In this document: positions 24,715-35,700 of the stretch, piece by piece
Position numbering within the stretch: the stretch's first letter is position 1
Layout: every line of letters begins with the position of its first letter
DNA from: Bispira polyomma
Taxonomy: Eukaryota
NCBI GenBank assembly: GCA_965649765.1
Contig: OZ287749.1
Coordinates: 1,550,001-1,614,000, forward strand
Length of the DNA: 64,000 nucleotides
Direction of reading: 5' to 3'
Program-made: the position numbers and the translations under genes
The notes under the pieces: generated by a model
Told to the model about the DNA's origin: nothing
What the model saw: only the letters and a program-made list of their open reading frames with translations
Database searches by the model: none

Positions 24715-26169
24715 TTATACTTTATACTAACTAATAAGATCAGTCTTTTTATTTTCCTTATGTATTCATAACAGGCTTTATACATCTTTAAAATCTCATT
24801 GAGAAATAACAAGGAATAGTAATGCACACATGACACAGAAACATACATTAGCTAATATACATAAAAAAAAAGACTCGGAACTTGTGGTATGATAAAATAA
24901 TAGTTTGTAACTGTTTAATATAATTATATACTCTGACAAAAATTATGAATGTGACTTTTTAGAAAGATCGCTAGATGTTATCTGAATAGCCGGAAAGTTG
25001 GAAGTCTATATATATATGTATGTTTTTATATATTTTTCATTAATTAATTTGTAATAAGCCATTACACAAATTTTAACACATTTTTAAAGATCCTGCATTC
25101 CTAAAGCGTCTTGTTATAGTATATTTTCATAATAATGGGTCTCTAAACTTATGTCAAGTTTTTTTTTAGCAAAACACGCATGAGTCTGAACACATTTCAG
25201 TTATATAAAGCTTTACAATAATGGCTATAACCATTAATGTGGCATATAAGTGCCATCACTGAAGATTATCTTTATTGGGATTTATAACTACTGGATTTGC
25301 TGCATTGTTGCAATTGGACATACAACAAATTGCATCTTACTTCATATTATATTGGTGACCCATTGACTTACCCTTATAGTGTAGCTAGTTATGGGAATCT
25401 TAGACTGATAAGCCAATAGTCAGAAGTTGTACATGAAACTATGTGTACTTACTTATATGTGTATATATTTAAATTCCTATAGGCCTTTGCTTCATTTAGT
25501 CTTTTGACTTTATTTTCATATTGAGTCTATAATTTTTTAGGCAAAGCATACATAAGCTTTAATACATTTCAGTTATATAATATTTAACAATATATGACCA
25601 TTTGTGATAAGCCAACAGACAAATTAGGACATGTTTTGAAAGATCCTTAACAACTAAAAGGTTTTCCAAAAGTTTGTTTTCACAAGTAGTCTTTAAAATT
25701 TATTTTTCATCAATAAGCTGTTTTACGTTTCGAACCAATGTATAGTAAATTTTTCTAGTAACACACTGTTTTTGTAATATGGGACTAGTATACATGTATG
25801 AGTCAATCTTTTGCAACGAAACAATTATAACGTACTAGATCCGACCTCAGCGCATCTTTAGTCTGTCAGACCTCTGCCACTATCATTTCCAGTACATCAT
25901 TGCCAGTTTTACTGAAACACTATTTGGTAAAATAACACACCTGGGATCAGTAAAATACTACTTACTTAAGCACTTTGTAGCATATTAACTTATGAATAAA
26001 ATAATACTAGCACACCAGTATACCTGCATTAGTTAATCAGTAAAGATGATACAATTATAATATACTAGATCCGACCTCATTACATTTCTAGTACATCATT
26101 ACATTTCTAGTACATAATTACATTTTTAGTACATTATAACATTACATTTTTAGTTGTTGTTTTTAACGT

Positions 26170-26588
26170 CTTAGGTTATAAGATTCATTGGTGGAAGAAA
26201 GCAATGCCAACGCACTGTAAATCGCCACCAGTGACCTGTGACATGATTTGACCCATTTGTAACGTGCCTAATTGATGCCAGGCATTGTCTAAAGCGCAAC
26301 ATCAATGACAAATTTGTGATATCAGGGGAATGGAAGGTGGAGGGGGTAGGGTTAGCAGAAAGATGGAGGGTGGAGAGATGGGTCTTAAGGTTGTGACTCA
26401 AACCAGACAGGGTTTCCTGGGATATTATATTGGCTGGTAAATTATTCCATGGGGTCAGTGATGCAACAGAAAAGGCCTGGGGGCCAGTCCGTTTCCTGGT
26501 TCTGGGATAAAACACTGAAATTCCTTTTCCTCCTGGTAAAGCTGCTGAAAGACAACAATGTGCAAGGTAGCCCGAAGGGGCTAGTAGG
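26170..26588 (-). mobile_element. L2/CR1 LINE 3' fragment
   Basis: GPQAFSVASLTPWNNLP...LKTHL, followed by a 3' stem-loop-like sequence (gcgctttagacaatgcctggcatcaattaggcac on the minus strand). Confidence 0.7.
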
Positions 26589-27009
26589 GTCAGTGCTAGA
26601 AGGGGTTTTTAAAAAACTATTCTGGTCTGCATGACCTCAATGGCCATTGGCTCTCATTAACCCAATTAGACAGCTAATTCCCGCCAAATAGCCTAAGGGG
26701 TTCACTTTTATAATTGAAGTCAACAAGGCAACACGCCATTTTACTTTTTACTTTCTACAGTGAATCAAGGATCATATTGGAGTGTGATGGACAACCTATG
26801 CTTTGATATATGCGAATATTGCTCTGGCTTTGATGTTGGGAGCAAAAAATTGAGGGACGTAGCCTTTATATTTATTCTAGTCATTAAACAAAGTAATTTT
26901 ACATCTATAGCCTTATATCCGCAGATATCAAAGTACGGTGTTTATATTATATATTTCAGTGTACTGACTTCAAGAAACTAAATAAAACTGTGATAATAGT
27001 GTCAACGAG

Positions 27010-28314
27010 ATGGCACCACATAAACTGTGGTGTGGAACGAAACACACCAAACCTATTAACTTACAATGCCCTTGGCAGGATGTAGAGAGTGAGAGTGAGG
27101 ACAATAGTAATAGCAGCACCATGTCATCGGCGGAGGTGAATTTGCTCATATTACAAGAACTTAAAGACCTTGGAAGTAGAATGTCTAAAGTTGAGAAATG
27201 GGTAGAAACGGACAGACAGTGTGTTAATTCCCCCGTTCAGAAAGTGGCTAGTGTGCCTATAAGTCTAGAACATTGTGTTAGTAGCACACAGGTATAGCCA
27301 CAGGTGGGAGGAGTGGCTCAGGCATTTGGCAGGCAGCAGGTGATGCAGCAAACCCAGGATTCACAGGCATTTGGCAGGCAGCAGGTGATGCAGCAAACCC
27401 AGGATTCACAGGCATTTGGCAGGCAGCAGCTGATGTAGCAAACCCAGGATTCACAGGCATTTGGCAGGCAGCAGTGATGCAGCAAACCCAGGATTCACAG
27501 GCATTTGGCAGGCAGCAGGTGATGTAGCAACCACAGGAGTCTCAGGCATTTGACAGGCAGCAGGTGATGTAGCAGCCTCAGGAGTCTCAGGCATTTGGCA
27601 GGCAACAGAACCGTTGGCCCACTGATTCGGATGACCTGGTGGTTCCATCTCTCCTGACGTTGAGGTCGGACCAGCTCCAGAGGGCAGTGGACACCAGAGT
27701 AAAGGACCTTCAGAGAATCAACGAGACAGGTAATTTTAAGTCTCAAAGGGGGGGTACAGAGACAGTCTGGGTAAAACAACAAGTCTCTTGGCCTCAGAAC
27801 TTCATCCTAGGGGATCAAAGTAAAAACCGTTTGTCTTATGATAGCCTGTCAATGGCCCAATGGATTTCTGGCTTTAGTACTATAATGAGAGAAGAGTCAA
27901 ATTTAGATACAAAAAATGCTATGTTGGAGTATCTCTCAGAGATAATGGAGGATTGCCATGATTTTAGCTGGTCAGCTGCCAAAGGCAGCCATGCCGTCCT
28001 CCTATGTAAAATGGACGAGGGCAAAGGTGTCTTGGTCAGAAACTAATAAGATCGACAGAATTAGAAGAGCTCATGCTCAGAAAGGTTCGTTCCAAAACTC
28101 AACTCATTCTCAGGTTAGCAAAAATGGACATAGTAAGAGCATGCCCTGCAAATATTTCCAAAAGGGCACTTGTCCTCAGAAAAACGACCACGAAAACAAT
28201 GGCAAGCTCTATACTTATGTGTGTGCAGCCTGCTCTGCTATAGGCAAAAATTTTCCCCACCCTGAAAAAGATTGTAGGAAAAGCAAGGCTAATGCAGCTC
28301 CAAAAAACGACTAG
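27010..28314 (+). pseudogene. E3 gag-like ORF
   Basis: N-terminal WCGTKHTKPINLQC, WPQNFIL, SYDSLSMAQWISGF, SWSAAK, C-terminal CKYFQKGTC...VCAAC...HPEKDC. Several stops and frameshifts. Confidence 0.85.
27319..27605 (+). repeat. 45-bp minisatellite within E3 gag (~6.5 copies)
   Basis: Unit caggcatttggcaggcagcaggtgatgcagcaaacccaggattca. Confidence 0.92.
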
Positions 28315-28619
28315 GGCACTGCAAAACGGCAGTGCAAGCATAAAACTCGGCATTTATACCAGGTACAAATAGTCAGGCATGTAGCAGAGCAGGCTTCACT
28401 TTGTCTAGAATCATTGCAAATTCTGAGGTTACCAACATGAGTAGTGACAACTGGAGATCTGACTGGGCGAGATTCAGTAGTAAAACATATGTATAGGTCG
28501 TGAAACAAAAGCTCTCGAGCCCTAAACAGGCTAGTAAAAACTCAAAACACAGAGAAGTAGTTCAAAATAAAAAAAATGATCCCCAGTTGTCACACCAGAA
28601 AGGTTGTAAATAAAAAATG

Positions 28620-29091
28620 TATAATGTATGTCACAGATGAAATTGAGCTTGACGCCTGTTTAACCGGCTTAGGAGGTAGATGTAATAACATAGTTTATAC
28701 AAAAATCCTCCCCCTTAATTATCTGGGAATGAACATTGCCCATTTGGAAATGCTCAATATTTTGGTAGCCTTACGACTCTGGAAAAACACTTGGAAAGGT
28801 AAGAAACTAATAGTACACTGTGACAACCAGGCAGTGGTCACCATCTTGAACTCTGGCAAAACCAAGGACCTAACTGTGGCAGCCATTGCAAGGAACATGT
28901 TTATGGAAATTGCAGAATCAGACATAAATCTAAGGCCAGTACACATTTTAGGCAAATTGAATGTCGTAGCTGACCTCCTATCTAGATGGCACAAAACTCA
29001 AGAACCAGACATTAAATTACAACAAATAATACCTGAACCATACTGGGTGGAGGTTCAGGATGAATTACTAATTATTGACTGGGGTATGTAA
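28620..29091 (+). pseudogene. E3 RNase H domain
   Basis: ELDACLTGLGG, IAHLEMLNIL, HCDNQAVV, HILGKLNVVADLLSR. The RT domain upstream is missing. Confidence 0.9.
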
Positions 29092-29101
29092 TTTATTTCA
29101 G

Positions 29102-29930
29102 ATGTCTCGCCGCTGGTGTTGCAACTAGCTGGTCAGGCTGCACATACAGCTAGGCAGGCCTTTAGGCCTGCCACTCAGCAAGCCTATCAAACCATGTTCA
29201 GGGTTTTCATAGCTTATACTATAATTGTAAGTGCCAATATTACACACATTTCTCCCATTTTATTACTTTCGTTTCTACAGGTACTGGTAGCCAGTAAAGT
29301 GTCGCAGCCCTCTATTGCCAACTATCTGTCAGCAATAAAAGCTAAACTCAGCTTATATGGTATAACTGTGGCTGTATTTGCAGACCCTCGTATCAAGTAT
29401 TTTCAGAAGGCACTTATCTTACAAAAACCTTTAGAGCCAGAATTAACAAGGTCATTGACATTCCCTTGCTTACAGAAGTAGTAAAAATCTGTCATACAAT
29501 GTTCATGGGGCAAATCTTCAAGGCTGCTTACCAATTAGCCTTTTTCTCTTTTTTAAGAATTTCAAACTTCGTTCCTCATACACTCAGTACGTTTAATCCA
29601 TTAGAACAGCTTGCCAGGGCGGATGTGCTTTTTGCTCCCCCTGGATTGCAAGTAATAATAAAATGGTCCAAAACCCTTCAGGATAGAAATTCAATAAAAA
29701 TTATCAAGGTTCAGGAATTCAGTACTCTGCCCTGTGGCAGCAATTAGAAATATCTTAGCCCTGTCAGACGTTCAGGGGCCACACTGGCCTTTAATAACCA
29801 TGTTCCAAAAATTCAAAGCCATGGCACATGGACTTCAGAATGGAAATATATTACGAAAGATATGAAGCTTCCGACCAAGTGGCCACAGTTTTTCAAAACC
29901 TACTTTCCAACCCTACTCACCAACTTGGGT
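29102..29930 (+). pseudogene. E3 tyrosine recombinase (frameshifted, internally deleted)
   Basis: SIANYLSAIK, FFSFLRISN, IKWSKT, LCPVAA, GATLAF, HGTWTS. Confidence 0.85.
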
Positions 29931-30755
29931 TTGGGTGCTTTTCTTAATCCATTTTATACTTTAAACTTGTTACTTATGTATCTCAGACTAAGGTCACCTA
30001 CATCTTTAAACTTAGACTTAAGTTAAAACTTAAACCCATTAAGGTTACCCTAACTTAAACAACCATCTTAAGCTAAGATGGCCTAAAAATAATCCAATCC
30101 GGCATCTTAAGGTAAGATGACCTTAATTTCAAATTATAAACTCAATTTAGGGTAACTTTAATATCATAACTTAAACTCAGTTTAAGGGGTCACTTTCTGA
30201 TCTCCTTAAACCCCTGGTGACATTAGTCTTTCAGTATGTATATAGTGTAGTGTAATCAACTTAGAATAAAACTAATATTCCCAACGGCTATAGTCTTTAC
30301 TGTGTTTACCTCCAACTTTAAGGCCACAATAGGGCACTGAGCCAATATATGACACAATATGTGTTAAACCTGACATAAAACCTTAATTACAAAATGACAC
30401 AGATGTGTCAGCGATTCTGATTAGCTGAATCTTATGGCAAAATTCACCATGTACACATGGACTTTTTTGTCTTTATTGTACTTGATACCCAGCTGGTATA
30501 GTTGCTTCAATGACATGATTGTGCTGTAAATAAAGCAGGAATCAGGTAATAATTTTAATTTGTCTTGCTGGAATCGCAATAACACATTCCAAATGGTAAT
30601 TTTCACCACTCTTGGACAGTAGAAACACTCAATTTGACCACAACAATTACTGCATATCATGGCTTTCTCATGTATTATTCCTGAAATAAAATAAACGGAA
30701 TATTAGGGGTGTGGTTCATTTGTAAAACAAAACAAAAACAAAAAAACAGACTTAC

Positions 30756-31070
30756 AGTATTGGTCCATAACATGTTACAGTATTCAGTACGCAGTGGTTT
30801 ACCGGTGTAAGAATGACAATGGTTTACATCACATATCCGGGTGCTGTATTGGTTTGCACAACTTCTCAAGGGAGTCGTGTAATTAGTAGTAGTGTTGGTG
30901 CTGCTGATGCTACTGCGGTTCCAGATGGTGTGTAAATATGTCTTATTATCCCTGGTACGATCCAGAGCATAGTTCCATCGATACTTGTCCAGATAAACTA
31001 ATAACAGTATAAAAGATGCGAGACATGCCAAATTTAAATTTCCAAACTGATTTCTGACAATATGCATCAT
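30756..31070 (-). CDS. Probable first coding exon of the DUF1647 gene (type II membrane anchor plus stem)
   Basis: ATG-initiated. Hydrophobic LACLASFILLLVYL followed by an N/T/S-rich stem with NxS/T sequons. Phase-0 donor ACT|GTAAGT at 30756/30755 is compatible with the phase-0 acceptor at 12431, giving a ~364 aa product. Confidence 0.65.
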
Positions 31071-31529
31071 TGTCGGTGTGTATTTCTATCTACAATAAGT
31101 TTGCACAGGAAGTGTACTAGTCACTCAGTTCTTACAGGTAATTCTCATTGAGTTTAACAGTCTAACTTCCAGCCAGCATGTTCTTAATGAAGTTCTCATT
31201 GAGTTTAACAGTCTAACTTCCAGCCAGCATGTTCTTTGTAAACACTAGAAAGAGCTTCAAACATTGTTGTATATTGGCATTTGCATTACAATTGTAGCTT
31301 ATTAGCACCACATTGTAATTGATGGTTGTATTGATGCCTCCGACAAGGCTACATGTATTGCCAATTACTACAATTAAAATATTCATTTAGAAGGAATCAT
31401 ACCTTTGCAATTTGCTTTGTATTAGAACCAATAATAGTATTTTTATGGTGAAAGTGTGACCAATTGGCAATAGTAGTATACAGGGCAATATCTAGAAGAT
31501 GCACAACAACATAGCAATGTGATTTAAGG

Positions 31530-32275
31530 ATACCCAAAAAAACATATCACACAGAAGACATGTCACCATTCTTCCCTCCCACACCTCAGTGAAATCCCTC
31601 TGTGATGATTTTGTCCATTTTTAGCAACAAAATAAAAAAGATAAGAGACAGTTCCTATCACTCCCAAGTCAAGAAGAAGAAATCCTTATGGGTAAATATA
31701 TAATTTTTTGTATGATATGTATATTTAAAATGATATAAAATATTTTCTTGACTACAGTCTATGTACATTTCTGGTAAGCTATACAAGATAATTAAGGTTA
31801 CAACATTTCAATGTTTATGGTGCCCAATGTTTATGGTGCCTTTAACGTAAGGTAAGATAACACCCTACAGTATCTTTTATTGTAGCTCTAACCTGAGGGG
31901 CACGTAAGTCAACCAAAACAAAATTAGTTTAAGGTGACCCCAACCTGAAGGGGGTCTTTATGAATTTGAGTGGTAAATGTTTTAGACCCAGTTGACCTCA
32001 ACTTTTACAATCATATAGAATTATTACCAGAGTAAATGTAAAGAATGCCTCAAACCCAACTACCATGGCATCTACGTCCTTGGCCGAGCCTACTCCTATG
32101 TCTCCTGCTTTTTGTTATGTCAATAATGATGATAGAGTAAAACATATTAAAGATTGCTGAAGCAAAACATGCAGTCTCGATTCCTGGCCGAGCGGATTCC
32201 GGATGCTTTCAAGCACATTGTTATAACCCTCCTTATTGAGAAGTCAACAGTGCCAAAAGATGATTTCAAAAATCA
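31530..32275 (+). mobile_element. Scattered L2/CR1 LINE fragments
   Basis: LPSHTSVKSLCDDFVHFFSNKIKKIR-like text at ~31570 and KTCSLDSWP / ITLLIEK-like text at 32160-32270. Confidence 0.45.
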
Positions 32276-32734
32276 CTACCACTAAACAGTACCACTCACC
32301 TTGATCAACATAATCTTGGTGACAATCTACATATAAATCTGCCGAAACAACTCTCCTCTTTATGAACAGTTAGATACATGTGTCACTTGAATGTAAACAA
32401 ATTCCCAAAAAGAAATACCCAACATGTACTTTGCGGCACAAAAATTAGGGTATGTGTTAGAGATTTTCATTTTAAACTTTTGCAGACTTTTCATGGAATT
32501 TTCCAGCCGGCCCTATAAAGGTTGAAAAAAGTGCCTCAAATTACACATCAACACTTTAATAGTGATTTTTACTTATTAGTGCGCACTACGAATCACCCAA
32601 AAGTTGGCCCAAAACTGCAGGTTAGCACAATGATGTCTAGTTTGCACTTGAAAGGAAATATCTAGTCCATGGTATCACCCACATTTTATTTATATTATAT
32701 AGAAAAGCTTCAGGAAGCCTGCTCTTAACTTGTT

Positions 32735-35700
32735 CTCATGCATACCAGGGATATAGGCACTACCACTAAACAGTGCCACAAGTGTCACCACTACACCAAT
32801 GACACCAACACCTCATGTATACCAGGGATATAGGCACTACCACTAAACAGTGCCACAAGTGTCACCACTACACCAATGACACCAACACCTCATGTATACC
32901 AGGGATATAGGCACTACCACTAAACAGTGCCACAAGTGTCACCACTACCCCAATGACACCAACACATCATGTATACCAGGGATATAGGCACTACCTGTAA
33001 CCAGTGCCACAAGTGTCACCACTATCCCAATGACACCAACACATCACGTATACCAGAGATATAGGCATTACCTGTAAACAGTGTCACAAGTGTCACTACT
33101 ACACCAATGACACCAACACCTCATGTATACCAGGGATATCGGCACTACCTGTAAACAGTGCCACAAGTGTCACTACTACACCAATGACAACACCTCATGT
33201 ATACCAGAGATATAGGCACTACCACTAAACAGTGCCACAAGTGTCACCACTACACCAATGACACCAACACCTCATGTATACCAGGGATATAGGTACTACC
33301 ACTAAACAGTGCCACAAGTGTCACCACTACACCAATGACACCAACACCTCATGTATACCAGGGATATAGGTACTACCACTAAACAGTGCCACAAGTGTCA
33401 CTACTACACCAATGACACCAGCACCTCATGTATACCAGGGATATAGGCACTACCTGTAAACAGTGCCACAAGTGTCACTATTACACCAATGACACCAACA
33501 CCTCATGTATACCACGGATATCGGCACTACCTGTAAACAGTGCCACAAGTGTCACCACTACACCAATGTCCCCAACACCTCATGTATACCAGAGATATAG
33601 GCACTACCACTAAACAGTGCCACAAGTGTCACCACTACCCCAATGACAGCAACACCTCATGTATACCAGGGATATAGGCACTACCACTAAACAGTGCCAC
33701 AAGTGTCATTACTACACCAATGACACGAACACCTCATGTATACCAGGGATATAGGCACTACCACTAAACAGTGCCACAAGTGTCATTACTACACCAATGA
33801 CACCAACACCTCATGTATACCAGGGATATCGGCACTACCTGTAAACAGTGCCACAAGTGTCACTACTACACCAATGACAACACCTCATGTATACCAGAGA
33901 TATAGGCACTACCACTAAACAGTGCCACAAGTGTCACCACTACACCAATGACACCAACACCTCATGTATACCAGGGATATAGGTACTACCACTAAACAGT
34001 GCCACAAGTGTCACCACTACACCAATGACACCAACACCTCATGTATACCAGGGATATAGGTACTACCACTAAACAGTGCCACAAGTGTCACTACTACACC
34101 AATGACACCAGCACCTCATGTATACCAGGGATATAGGCACTACCTGTAAACAGTGCCACAAGTGTCACTATTACACCAATGACACCAACACCTCATGTAT
34201 ACCACGGATATCGGCACTACCTGTAAACAGTGCCACAAGTGTCACCACTACACCAATGTCCCCAACACCTCATGTATACCAGAGATATAGGCACTACCAC
34301 TAAACAGTGCCACAAGTGTCACCACTACCCCAATGACAGCAACACCTCATGTATACCAGGGATATAGGCACTACCACTAAACAGTGCCACAAGTGTCATT
34401 ACTACACCAATGACACCAACACCTCATGTATACCAGGGATATAGGCACTACCTGTAAACAGTGCCACAAGTGTCACCACTACACCAATGACACGAACACC
34501 TCATGTATACCAGGGATATAGGCACTACCACTAAACAGTGCCACAAGTGTTACCACTACACCAATGACACCAACACCCCATGTATACCAGGGATATAGGC
34601 ACTACCTGTAAACAGTGCCACAAGTGTCACTACTACACCAATGACAACACCACATGTATACCAGAGATATAGGCACTACCTGTAAACAGTGCCACAAGTG
34701 TCACTACTACACCAATGACAACACCCCATGTATACCAGGGATATAGGCACTACCACTAAACAGTGCCACAAGTGTCACTACTACACCAGTGACACCAACA
34801 CCTCATGTATACCAGGGATATAGGCACTACCTGTAAACAGTGCCACAAGTGTCACTACTACACCAATGACAACACCTCATGTATACCAGAGATATAGGCA
34901 CTACCACTAAACAGTGCCACAAGTGTCACCACTACACCAATGACACCAACACCTCATGTATACCAGGGATATAGGTACTACCACTAAACAGTGCCACAAG
35001 TGTCACCACTACACCAATGACACCAACACCTCATGTATACCAGGGATATAGGTACTACCACTAAACAGTGCCACAAGTGTCACTACTACACCAATGACAC
35101 CAGCACCTCATGTATACCAGGGATATAGGCACTACCTGTAAACAGTGCCACAAGTGTCACTATTACACCAATGACACCAACACCTCATGTATACCACGGA
35201 TATCGGCACTACCTGTAAACAGTGCCACAAGTGTCACCACTACACCAATGTCCCCAACACCTCATGTATACCAGAGATATAGGCACTACCACTAAACAGT
35301 GCCACAAGTGTCACCACTACCCCAATGACAGCAACACCTCATGTATACCAGGGATATAGGCACTACCACTAAACAGTGCCACAAGTGTCATTACTACACC
35401 AATGACACGAACACCTCATGTATACCAGGGATATAGGCACTACCACTAAACAGTGCCACAAGTGTCATTACTACACCAATGACACCAACACCTCATGTAT
35501 ACCAGGGATATCGGCACTACCTGTAAACAGTGCCACAAGTGTCACTACTACACCAATGACAACACCTCATGTATACCAGAGATATAGGCACTACCACTAA
35601 ACAGTGCCACAAGTGTCACCACTACACCAATGACACCAACACCTCATGTATACCAGGGATATAGGTACTACCACTAAACAGTGCCACAAGTGTCACCACT

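Larger units (their letters stand above)
26589..30200 (+). mobile_element. Ngaro-like YR retrotransposon E3 (internal deletion of RT)
   Basis: Starts GTCAGTGCTAG (E2 starts GTCACTGCTAG). Contains gag 27010-28314, RNase H to 29091 and YR from 29102. 3' boundary approximate. Confidence 0.85.
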
